From Bacilli bacterium (GTDB lineage: Bacteria; Bacillota_I; Bacilli_A; RF39; UBA660): a DNA stretch of 64,000 nt. Under the pieces are notes generated by a model, which was not told the origin of the DNA, searched no databases, and saw only the letters and a program-made list of their open reading frames with translations. The position numbers were made by a program, and so were the translations under genes. The stretch spans positions 1,322 through 65,321 of the forward strand of contig JAAWGF010000004.1 of the NCBI GenBank assembly GCA_022795155.1. Reading direction: 5' to 3'. Below are positions 1 through 8,198 of this stretch, piece after piece. How positions within the stretch are numbered: the stretch's first letter is position 1; every line of letters starts with the position of its first letter.

Positions 1-1323
1 AGCTCCATCACCAATAAAATATATATTGTAGTTATCCAATTTAAAATGATTATTTGTTGTAATTTCATTACTAAAAAATTTGATTTCTGGCCCATATAGT
101 AATGTTTCATCATTGTTTATTCCTGGTACTATTTCATTTAATTTATCTAAACCCTCCAAAATATTTGTAACAATCCGGTAAGGAAGTACAAGAGCTAAAT
201 CGCCAGCCACACAATCCTTTAAAGTTGGCTCAATAAAACCTTTATTTATACGATGCCATTCTGATCGATGACCAGATTTTAAATCTTTTAGAGTTTGAAT
301 AATTGGTTTACCATCGCCCAATACATTAGCAATTCTAGCAATTGATTCGCCATATTCACGAGTATTAGTAACAGGCTGTGTTAAAGTTACTTTAGAAATA
401 AATGCAAAATTAGTATTATTAGATTTTTTTTCTTTTAATGCATGACCATTAACACAAATATAGCCATAATAATTTTCTTTGGCCACAAAGCCCTGTGGAT
501 TTGTACAAAATGTTCTAATTTCATCATTATAAGTTGGTGTTTTAATGAAAATGGTTGGGTCGTAAATAATATTGCATAAATCTTCCATAATCTCTTTTCT
601 AACCTCGACTCTTACACCGATTTCGATACTTTGTGAAATGTAAGGAATTTTATATTTATCTGCTAGCTCTTGAACCCATTTTGCTCCAGTTCTACCTGGC
701 GCTACAATAACATTTTCTGCACTTATTGTTTCTTCATTTTTTCCAATTTTATATGTAATTATATTATTATCGTCTTTACTTGAGATATCAGTTACATTAG
801 CATTTTCTAATAGTTCGACACCATTATTTTGAAGGAACTCAGAAAACTTAATAATATGTTCTGGTAATTTATCACTACCTAAATGCTTTTGCTTTATTAA
901 TAGTAACCTGGCTCCAGTAAGTGCTATTCTCTTTTTTATTTTTTCAGCATCATCCGAATTGCTTGGATAAGTTTTACTATCCATATTAAATTTATTAAAA
1001 ATCTGTTCAGTATCATCAATTAATTGATAAGCCTCATCGCTAGACATGTATTTAAATAAATCAGATTTCCCAATCTTAGGAATAAAGTTTAATTTCCCAT
1101 CAGAGAAAGTTCCTGCACCCCCGAAGCCTGATAATATTTGGCATGGGTTACAATTAGTACAAACCGCTTTATTTTTATTCATTGGACATGCTCTCTTTGT
1201 AGCTAAGAGACCCTTATCAAGTAGTAGGATTTTTAAATCATTTTGTTTTGTAGTTAACTCATAAGCCGCAAATAAACCAGCTGGCCCCGCTCCTACAATT
1301 ACTACATCATAATGCTTCATCAT
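1..1323 (-). CDS. FAD-dependent oxidoreductase (COG2509-like); 3' end runs off the window
   Basis: Not in the ORF track because there is no stop inside the window. Reverse-strand translation from ATG 1323/1320 reads MMKHYDVVIVGAGPAGLFAAYEL (GxGxxG fold) ...KRACPMNKNKAVCTNCNPCQILSGFGGAGTFSDGKL. The far end (pos 1-60, ...NYNIYFIGDGA) is open in the same frame. The middle was not hand-translated. Confidence 0.65.
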   Translation of the reverse strand, partial: MMKHYDVVIVGAGPAGLFAAYELTTKQNDLKILLLDKGLLATKRACPMNKNKAVCTNCNPCQILSGFGGAGTFSDGKLNFIPKIGKSDLFKYMSSDEAYQLIDDTEQIFNKFNMDSKTYPSNSDDAEKIKKRIALTGARLLLIKQKHLGSDKLPEHIIKFSEFLQNNGVELLENANVTDISSKDDNNIITYKIGKNEETISAENVIVAPGRTGAKWVQELADKYKIPYISQSIEIGVRVEVRKEIMEDLCNIIYDPTIFIKTPTYNDEIRTFCTNPQGFVAKENYYGYICVNGHALKEKKSNNTNFAFISKVTLTQPVTNTREYGESIARIANVLGDGKPIIQTLKDLKSGHRSEWHRINKGFIEPTLKDCVAGDLALVLPYRIVTNILEGLDKLNEIVPGINNDETLLYGPEIKFFSNEITTNNHFKLDNYNIYFIGDGA

Positions 1324-1427
1324 AATACCTCTTTCTATATTTATTGTAACATAGTTTAAATCTATCTACAATATAAGTAATTATAATATTAAATAATATT
1401 ACATATAATTATATGAGGATAGATATA

Positions 1428-2264
1428 ATGAAAGCAAAAATAGTTTTAATATTTAAAGGAATTGTTGTGGGGTTAGGAAAGATAATTCCTGGAGTAAGTG
1501 GTGCAATGTTAGCAATAACACTAGGTATATATGATAAATGTGTATATGCAATTAGTAATTTTAACAAAAACCTTAAAGATAATATGAATTTATTATTTTA
1601 TATTGGAATAGGTCTTGTTATATCGATTGGATCATTTAGTAATCTGGTAATATTTTTGCTAAATAATTATTATTATGTTACAATGTGCTTTTTTGTTGGA
1701 TTAATTATAGGTGGCATACCAAAATTGTATAATGAAAGCAAAATAAATGTTAAAGAATTAAGTAATATGGCGCTTGTCATCATTTCTTTTTTAATTATTT
1801 TAATATTAAATTCTTTTAATCCTGAGCATACAGTTAAGACGGAAGCAAGTTTCCTGACATTAATATATATAGGCTTTTTAGAATCATTCGCTATGATTGT
1901 ACCAGGGATTAGTGGGACAGCATTACTGATGCTAGTTGGATATTATGATATAGTTATTTTTCGCTTTAGTCAAATCTTTAATCTTTTATCTTTGTTTGAT
2001 ACTATTAAATTTTTTATACCCTTTAATATAGGAATGTTAATTGGTGTCATAATTATGTCAAAGATTATAAATATTTGTTTTAAAAAGTATCCAGTTAAAA
2101 CTTACTGTGTTATTTTTGGATTAATCTTATCATCATTATATATATTAATAACTGATATTTTTAAAATTACATTGGATTTTAAATTATATTCATATTGCCT
2201 TATTTTTATAATTATAGGATTTTTAATCTCTTATCTGCTAGAACATGTAATGAGTAATAAATAG
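1428..2264 (+). CDS. DUF368 family polytopic membrane protein (PopT-type putative undecaprenyl-phosphate transporter family)
   Basis: ORF track 1413..2264. GAGGA 8 nt upstream favours ATG 1428. The duplicated motif IPGVSGAMLAITLGIY / VPGISGTALLMLVGYY is the DUF368 signature, and the protein has many TM segments. Confidence 0.75.
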   Translation: MKAKIVLIFKGIVVGLGKIIPGVSGAMLAITLGIYDKCVYAISNFNKNLKDNMNLLFYIGIGLVISIGSFSNLVIFLLNNYYYVTMCFFVGLIIGGIPKLYNESKINVKELSNMALVIISFLIILILNSFNPEHTVKTEASFLTLIYIGFLESFAMIVPGISGTALLMLVGYYDIVIFRFSQIFNLLSLFDTIKFFIPFNIGMLIGVIIMSKIINICFKKYPVKTYCVIFGLILSSLYILITDIFKITLDFKLYSYCLIFIIIGFLISYLLEHVMSNK

Positions 2265-2309
2265 TTTATTAATTAATTATATCGCATATATTTAAATGAG
2301 GTGAAAGAT

Positions 2310-2645
2310 ATGGATAAAAAATTGCCAGGAATTTTTGCTAATAAAATTGAAAAGGGCGTAGATAATAATGCTAATGTTTATTATTCAGCAAGTAATGAAA
2401 GAATAGAGAATTTACCAAATGATAACAAAGATAACAATAAAAAAATAGATTCAAGTTTAAATGTAAATCAAAAAATAAACAAAATATTTAGTTCAACAAA
2501 ATATGTGTATAAAGCAGATGTCCGTATACAATTAAAAAATGAACAAGTTGATTGTCGCATTATTGGCAAGAATGCCACACATTTGATAACTATGGATAAT
2601 AAGTTAATTCCAATTAGTGATATAATAGACATAAATTTTTTATAA
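2310..2645 (+). CDS. hypothetical protein (N/K-rich N-terminus, small beta-rich C-terminal domain)
   Basis: ORF track 2301..2645. GAGGTGA precedes ATG 2310. I recognise no family motif. Confidence 0.5.
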   Translation: MDKKLPGIFANKIEKGVDNNANVYYSASNERIENLPNDNKDNNKKIDSSLNVNQKINKIFSSTKYVYKADVRIQLKNEQVDCRIIGKNATHLITMDNKLIPISDIIDINFL

Positions 2646-2710
2646 AAATAAGATTGACCAATAGGTCTTTTTTATAAAAAAAATATATCATCGATATATT
2701 AAAAAATTTT

Positions 2711-3667
2711 TTACCTAGGCATTTTTAAACCTTTTATTTTTAACTTTATGGTTTCACAATGTTTACTAACTGATATACTATCTTTTATTAATAGTTTGTT
2801 CAAATTAACTTGCGAATAATAATCTTTATAAAATTGTATTTCAATTCTAATAGCACTAGGAACGGGTTCTTTTTTTAGATCTCGCATATCACTTAATGAA
2901 GGAACATTAATAATATAATTAGATTTAATATTTTTTTGGACCATAAATGGAGAATGATAATGGCCCTGCAAAACTAAATCATTGTGTAAAATTGTTTCTG
3001 ATACAATTTTATCATAATCTTTTTGATATTTATGATTAAATTTATGCATTAGAACAATTTTACCTTTTTTGATGTTTATTTCTCCTAAACCAAAACCAAT
3101 TGGTACAATGTCATGCCTGTAGTTTTTAAGTGTAGTTGCTAAATTTTGCGATGTTTCTTTTAAGACACTATAATCATGGTCACCTAGTATTGCACAATTT
3201 AGTATTGAATGATCGAATGGATAATTATTTAATAAAAATTCAATTTGTTCTTCGGTATTTTTGATAAGTTTCTCTCCGCCATAAGTTCCATCAATTAAGT
3301 CGCCACATATGAATATGATATGAATTCCTTCCTTCACACAATATTCATATACCTTATTGATAGCATCTAATCTTTGATCTTTACTTCCAATATGTAAATC
3401 TGATATAGCAACAGCAGTAAATTTATCAGGATTTTCAGCTATAATATTCATATACCTTTTTTGTGAGCTTATGTCGATCATAGTTTTAGGTGTATAAACG
3501 ATATTACCATTATCATAGTATTGTCGACTAAATTCGAAACCTTTATTTTCCATCATACGTAAAATGTTATATATTTGTCTATTAGATAAACTAAGCACTT
3601 CACATATTTCAGCAATAGTTAATTTTTGCTTTATAAGTTCAAATAATTTTTCTGACATATCACGCAT
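2711..3667 (-). CDS. metallophosphoesterase with N-terminal winged-HTH domain
   Basis: Calcineurin-like motifs are SDLHIG, CGDLIDG, LGDHD and QGHYH. The N-terminus LTIAEICEVLSLSNRQIYNILRMMENKGF looks like a wHTH. The AGGGGG RBS supports ATG 3667 (MRDMSEKL), not the longer track start at 3769. Confidence 0.7.
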   Translation of the reverse strand: MRDMSEKLFELIKQKLTIAEICEVLSLSNRQIYNILRMMENKGFEFSRQYYDNGNIVYTPKTMIDISSQKRYMNIIAENPDKFTAVAISDLHIGSKDQRLDAINKVYEYCVKEGIHIIFICGDLIDGTYGGEKLIKNTEEQIEFLLNNYPFDHSILNCAILGDHDYSVLKETSQNLATTLKNYRHDIVPIGFGLGEINIKKGKIVLMHKFNHKYQKDYDKIVSETILHNDLVLQGHYHSPFMVQKNIKSNYIINVPSLSDMRDLKKEPVPSAIRIEIQFYKDYYSQVNLNKLLIKDSISVSKHCETIKLKIKGLKMPR

Positions 3668-3741
3668 AAAAAACCCCCTATAAAATATAGAGCTTATTAT
3701 AATATTAAAAAATATATATGTCAATAAAAAAGACAGAATAA

Positions 3742-5013
3742 TTAATTTATTCTGCCACAAATAGGACAAATTCTTTCATCATCACCTAATTCAGTGCTAC
3801 AAAATTGGCAAGTTCGTCCAAGCGTCATTGGAATATTACGCTTTGTTAACTTTTTAAGAGGCTCTTCCTCTTTCTTGTCTTTTTTCTTGGGGATATTTTT
3901 TTCATTAATTTTGATATCGCTTGGATTAAGTGCCATAAATTCTGGTTTTGGTTTATCTTCTACTTGGACATTATTTACCATAATATTTTGGTCGTTTAAA
4001 GATAAATCGGGTATCTCATTATCCAAACCCTGATTGTTAATTGCTCCTACTTCTCTATTATTTATTTCAGTAATCTCATTTGCCATAGTATATTTATCAT
4101 CATCATTTTGTATATTATTTGGCTCTACATGATCCTCATCTATAATTTCTTCAAAAAAATCGTCATCATCTTTATAATCATATTCTTCAATTTCATCTAA
4201 TAATTCATCATTTTCATCAAGCATACTAATCTCACTGTCATCAGTAATTTTTTCATTCTCATTGGCTATAATATTTTTTGCTTCTGAGTTAAAATCATTA
4301 TCAAAGCTATCATTTTCAATATTTTCAGCTATGCTAACATTATCGCTATTTTCTACATTATTATCGGTCGTAATATTAATATTCTCGATATTTTTACCAT
4401 TTTCATTATTAATCTCTAACATTTCATCAGTTTGTTCAATACTTATAGTTTCATTACTTTCAATTATGTTGTCTTGTTCATTACGTATATTGCTTTTATT
4501 TAAAATATCTGAAATTGGTATTTGCTCTTCATAATTTAGAATTATATCTTCTTCATTAATATTTTGTGGTTCATTAACTTCAAGGTTAATATCTACTTCT
4601 TCCTCATGATTAATAATGTTAATCTCTTCTTTTCTATTATTCATTGTAAATAGACCACCAATTATATTAATAATTAAACCAACTGGATATAAAATAAAAG
4701 CAATTCCATAACTAAAATCAGCACTTGATTTTATTATACTTAATCCATCAATATTCAATATTTTATATATACCATAGGCAATTATTATTAAATTTAATAT
4801 AGTTGGTATTAACGATATTTTATATTTTTTCATTGTCACTAATACCAAATTAATCGTTGATAAGATTATAATGGCGAATGATAGATAAAAAAACTCATCA
4901 ATAAAGGCAAATGATTGATTATTAAATTTAATAATTGGTACAATTGTTGCTACAATTAACAATAAGCTTCCTATATAACTTAAAATAAAAAATTTTTTTC
5001 TTATAGATTCCAT
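3742..5013 (-). CDS. membrane protein with long acidic low-complexity region and C-terminal zinc ribbon
   Basis: About 4 N-terminal hydrophobic helices are followed by roughly 230 aa rich in N/E/D/I. The C-terminus is CQFCSTELGDDERICPICG (CxxC-x10-CxxC). GAAAGGG RBS precedes ATG 5013. Confidence 0.6.
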   Translation of the reverse strand: MESIRKKFFILSYIGSLLLIVATIVPIIKFNNQSFAFIDEFFYLSFAIIILSTINLVLVTMKKYKISLIPTILNLIIIAYGIYKILNIDGLSIIKSSADFSYGIAFILYPVGLIINIIGGLFTMNNRKEEINIINHEEEVDINLEVNEPQNINEEDIILNYEEQIPISDILNKSNIRNEQDNIIESNETISIEQTDEMLEINNENGKNIENINITTDNNVENSDNVSIAENIENDSFDNDFNSEAKNIIANENEKITDDSEISMLDENDELLDEIEEYDYKDDDDFFEEIIDEDHVEPNNIQNDDDKYTMANEITEINNREVGAINNQGLDNEIPDLSLNDQNIMVNNVQVEDKPKPEFMALNPSDIKINEKNIPKKKDKKEEEPLKKLTKRNIPMTLGRTCQFCSTELGDDERICPICGRIN

Positions 5014-5089
5014 ATTAGTCAACCCTTTCAATATAAGTATATCATAATTTTTTAAACTTTAATATTTTTTTTAAACAATCTTAAAAAAT

Positions 5090-5120
5090 AAAAAAAATCT
5101 ACACACATTAATGTGTAGAT
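5090..5120 (-). terminator. rho-independent terminator downstream of the cotY-like gene
   Basis: A 9-bp stem ATCTACACA/TGTGTAGAT (5097-5105 / 5112-5120) is preceded on the + strand by an A-run, which is a U-tract on the - strand. Confidence 0.6.
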
Positions 5121-5130
5121 TCTTTTTATA

Positions 5131-5568
5131 CTATAAACATTCTACAAAAGTATCTTGTAAACATCTTAAATTACAAACACAATTAAGATTTGTTGTAAAG
5201 AAAGAATTAGTTGCTACATATGGAATAGTTGCTGCTTGAGTTGTGTCTGGATTTGGAGCTAGAACTCTAAAAGTTGCACAACAACCATCAATTTTTTCTA
5301 CTCTAAATACTGGTGAAGTTGTTGTACCAAAAACATCTTCTTTAGATGTTGGCATAGCTAGTGGTGTACCAGCATTAGCGCAACAAGTATAAAGCATTAT
5401 AGGTCTTGTATTGCATCCAAGAGTTGTTGCTGAGCACCCTAGAAATCCACGATCACAAGTATCTAAACAAGCATCAGAACAGCAGCTAGCATTTTGTTGT
5501 AAGATAGAAATAACAGTTAAAATTTCAGCAATGCATTGACAATTATTGTTTTCATTATTATTACACAT
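5131..5568 (-). CDS. CotY/CotZ/ExsY-family cysteine-rich spore coat/exosporium protein
   Basis: 17 Cys residues. Blocks NTRPIMLYT, SPVFRVEKIDGCCATFRVL and NLNCVCNLRCLQD align with Bacillus CotY/ExsY (NTRPFILYT, SPIFRVESVDDDSCAVLRVL, DLSCFCAIQCLRD, recalled from memory). The GGGGTGG RBS favours ATG 5568 (MCNNNENNNC...) over the GTG at 5577. Confidence 0.75.
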   Translation of the reverse strand: MCNNNENNNCQCIAEILTVISILQQNASCCSDACLDTCDRGFLGCSATTLGCNTRPIMLYTCCANAGTPLAMPTSKEDVFGTTTSPVFRVEKIDGCCATFRVLAPNPDTTQAATIPYVATNSFFTTNLNCVCNLRCLQDTFVECL

Positions 5569-5669
5569 ATAATCCACCCCTTCATATTATTTTCAATATA
5601 ACATATTCAAAAAAAATAAATTAGTGTAAACTATTACCTATAAATGATTAATAATCAATGATATAAGTT

Positions 5670-5696
5670 ACCTAAAATAGATATTTACATATAATA
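5670..5696 (+). promoter_or_regulatory. candidate promoter of the LysM gene (sigma-K-like AC-16nt-CATATAATA; also contains TATAAT)
   Basis: AC at 5670-5671, a 16-nt spacer, then CATATAATA at 5688-5696 fits the Bacillus sigma-K -10 pattern CATAnnnTA. It could equally be a weak sigma-A promoter. Confidence 0.3.
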
Positions 5697-5711
5697 AAGC
5701 GAGGTGAAATA

Positions 5712-6158
5712 ATGTATAGTATATATCAAATTCAGGTTGGTGATACCTTGGATACTATTGCGCAGAAAGTAGGTACAACGAAACAAATTCTTTTAACAAT
5801 AAATGGTTTAACTGATACAAATTTAATTCCAGGTAATTATATTGTTATACCTATGAATGTAAATTTGCCGTTTGCAACTTACACAGTTAAAAAGGGTGAT
5901 AATATTTACGAAATTGCTCGTCGCTATGGTGTTGATTATGAAACATTATTAGAAATAAATGGATTAAACGCTGATGATTATATTTATCCAGATCAAGAGA
6001 TAATCATTCCTAATCAAAATTTCAATGTATATGTAACTCGTGAAAATGATTCTCTAGCTACAGTTGCAGCCAAATTGGGGGCTAATCAAGGAGAAATAAT
6101 TAGAGATAATGCAACGATTTATTTGTTACCAGAACAATTAATTTTATATCGTAAGTAA
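5712..6158 (+). CDS. 3xLysM domain protein
   Basis: Three LysM repeats: YQIQVGDTLDTIAQKVG..., YTVKKGDNIYEIARRYGVDYETLLEINGL..., YVTRENDSLATVAAKLG.... It has no signal peptide and is divergent from the cotY-like gene. Confidence 0.8.
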   Translation: MYSIYQIQVGDTLDTIAQKVGTTKQILLTINGLTDTNLIPGNYIVIPMNVNLPFATYTVKKGDNIYEIARRYGVDYETLLEINGLNADDYIYPDQEIIIPNQNFNVYVTRENDSLATVAAKLGANQGEIIRDNATIYLLPEQLILYRK

Positions 6159-6164
6159 AACTTA

Positions 6165-6189
6165 AAAAGAGAAAAACTCTTTTTTTTTA
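6165..6189 (+). terminator. rho-independent terminator
   Basis: AAAAGAG-aaaaa-CTCTTTT hairpin followed by a T-run. Confidence 0.55.
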
Positions 6190-6236
6190 TTAAATTATAT
6201 TATATAATATTATTATAATTAGAGGGGAAGTGGATT

Positions 6237-6650
6237 ATGAAAAAAATATTTTTATTCATTATGGTTTTATTACCTTTTTTTGTGGGATGTGGGTCAAAAT
6301 TAACTACATATGAGGAAATTGGATATGATGAATTTATAAAGAAAATCGAAAACAAGGACGATTTTGTACTTTTTATCGGTTCGGCTACTTGTCAACATTG
6401 TGATGCTTTTAAAAAAACAATTAAAAGTGTTGTAAAAAACTATCAAGTAAAAATATATTATATTGATACACATAAATTTAGCGAACAGCAAGCAAATAAG
6501 TTTAAAACTTATATTAATTTTAGTGCAACGCCAACAACCGTTTTTATATATGATGGTGCGGAGAAAACAACATATAATCGTATAAATGGAAATTTAAGTT
6601 ACGATAAAGTTATTTCTAAATTAACTAAAGCAGGTTTTATAAAAGAATAG
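6237..6650 (+). CDS. thioredoxin-fold lipoprotein (CxxC)
   Basis: Signal peptide with lipobox FFVGC, a thioredoxin-like active site GSATCQHCDAF, and about 120 aa of mature domain. Confidence 0.7.
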   Translation: MKKIFLFIMVLLPFFVGCGSKLTTYEEIGYDEFIKKIENKDDFVLFIGSATCQHCDAFKKTIKSVVKNYQVKIYYIDTHKFSEQQANKFKTYINFSATPTTVFIYDGAEKTTYNRINGNLSYDKVISKLTKAGFIKE

Positions 6651-6659
6651 GGGATAAAA

Positions 6660-7691
6660 ATGGAAGAAAATAATATCGAATTTTTAGATGAGCTAGATAA
6701 TGATACTGGAGATACTCAAACTGCACCTGATATTACAGGAATTAAATTTAGTGTTTTAGATAATTATGGAGAGGACTTGACTGCAAAAACATATATAACA
6801 AACCCTGCAATAGCGCGAGAAAGTGAATTAAAAAAACTAATGATTGTTTTATTAACTCCAGAAAAATCTGGGTTATTAATAGGTAAAGCAGGTATTGGTA
6901 AAACTGCCATTGTCGAAGGCTTAGCCTATTTAATTCAAAGAAAAGAAGTGCCTGATGCCTTATTAGGATATCGTGTCATTAAATTTAACTCAACCTCGTT
7001 AGTCGGTAAAGTTACATTAGATGGTGAAGAGCGTCTAGTTATGGGACTTTTAGTTGATGAGCTAAAGGTTACTGGAAAAACAATCGTTTTTATAGATGAA
7101 ATTCATACTTTAATAGGTGGAAAGGGTTCTGGTCCTATGGATTTGGCCAATATGTTAAAACCAGGCCTGGATCGTGGTACAATAAAAGCAATAGGTGCGA
7201 CAACAACAATTGAATATGATACATATGTTATTCGTGACCGCGCCTTTTTAAGACGTTTTGACCGCATTGATGTTTTAGAACCAGATGAGTCAACAACTGT
7301 CAAAATTTTGATGGGTACATTACCAAAAATTGAAAAACAAACAGGTGTTAAATTTAAATATAATGATTATGTGGCTGAAAAGTTGATTACATCGATTGTA
7401 AGTGCTACATCTGAATTTAAAAGAATATATGGTCTTGCAGCCATGTATCCGGATGTTTCATTATCAGTCTTGACGCAAGCCTTTTCTCATGCATTATATA
7501 ATAACAATTCTGTTGTAACAGTTTTAGATGTATATAACGCGATAAAAACTAGTAAAAGAATTTATCCAGATAGTATTGTAAAGGAACTTGCCTTATTTAG
7601 GGATAAATTCAAAAAATTATGTGAAGATGAAGGAATTGTCTTGCCAGTTGTAACAAAAGAGGAAATTGAAAGTATGCAAGAGGATTACTAA
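6660..7691 (+). CDS. stand-alone Clp/Hsp100 D1-like AAA+ ATPase (no N-domain, M-domain or D2)
   Basis: LIGKAGIGKTAIVEGLAYLI (Walker A), IVFIDEIHTLIGG (Walker B), LKPGLDRGTIKAIGATT and DRAFLRRFDRIDVLEP align colinearly with ClpC/ClpB D1. The protein is only 343 aa. Confidence 0.7.
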   Translation: MEENNIEFLDELDNDTGDTQTAPDITGIKFSVLDNYGEDLTAKTYITNPAIARESELKKLMIVLLTPEKSGLLIGKAGIGKTAIVEGLAYLIQRKEVPDALLGYRVIKFNSTSLVGKVTLDGEERLVMGLLVDELKVTGKTIVFIDEIHTLIGGKGSGPMDLANMLKPGLDRGTIKAIGATTTIEYDTYVIRDRAFLRRFDRIDVLEPDESTTVKILMGTLPKIEKQTGVKFKYNDYVAEKLITSIVSATSEFKRIYGLAAMYPDVSLSVLTQAFSHALYNNNSVVTVLDVYNAIKTSKRIYPDSIVKELALFRDKFKKLCEDEGIVLPVVTKEEIESMQEDY

Positions 7692-7725
7692 TAATTATAA
7701 TATATTAATAAAAGAATAAATTAAC

Positions 7726-7754
7726 TTGCAAAAAAATTACTTAATTGGTATAAT
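7726..7754 (+). promoter_or_regulatory. sigma-A-type promoter (TTGCAA-17-TATAAT with TGn extension)
   Basis: TTGCAA 7726-7731, 17-nt spacer, TGGTATAAT ending at 7754. Confidence 0.45.
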
Positions 7755-7769
7755 TATTTGGGTGATTTA

Positions 7770-8120
7770 ATGAGTGAAGACCGAGAACAAGCCATTCAGT
7801 TAATTAAGGATAAATTATGTAATAAAAGTTTACTGTCATATGTCGATATAGCCAGACTTACTAATTATCATCCTAAATATATCTTAAAATTAAAAAAGGA
7901 TATTATAAATGATAACATAAATTATATTCATGGAAATAAAAATAAAAAACCAGCTAATACAATTCCTCTACTAGAAGAACAGAAAATTGTTAATTTATAT
8001 AAGCGTAGTAATGCAAGTATTAGAAGATTTTGCAAGTTCTATGGAAAAAGAAGTTATTCATGCATATATAATGTTTTAAAAAGAAATGGTTTATTAAATG
8101 ATGATAAAAAGCCTTTATAA
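7770..8120 (+). CDS. HTH protein resembling the N-terminal region of ISNCY/ISLre2-type transposases (no DDE domain)
   Basis: IHGNKNKKPANTIPLLEEQKIVNLYKR resembles the HGNxGxKPxNxIxxE...LY block of those transposase N-termini (from memory). The ORF stops at 8120 with no catalytic domain downstream. Confidence 0.4.
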   Translation: MSEDREQAIQLIKDKLCNKSLLSYVDIARLTNYHPKYILKLKKDIINDNINYIHGNKNKKPANTIPLLEEQKIVNLYKRSNASIRRFCKFYGKRSYSCIYNVLKRNGLLNDDKKPL

Positions 8121-8198
8121 TATTAAAGGTTTTTTTGTCGATTAAAAAAGTGTCTATAAATATATTTATCTTTATATAGTTATATGGGAGGAATAACT

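Noticed and set aside
2310-2645. Possible CotO/YabP-like sporulation protein
   Set aside because: It has only a vague resemblance, a small C-terminal beta-rich domain after a low-complexity N-terminus. I cannot recall a diagnostic motif to support the call.
5578-5660. Sigma-K or sigma-E promoter directly upstream of the cotY-like gene
   Set aside because: The reverse-strand upstream sequence (…GAATATGTTATATTGAAAATAATATGAAGGGGTGG) contains no CATAnnnTA or CATACAnT match at a sensible distance.
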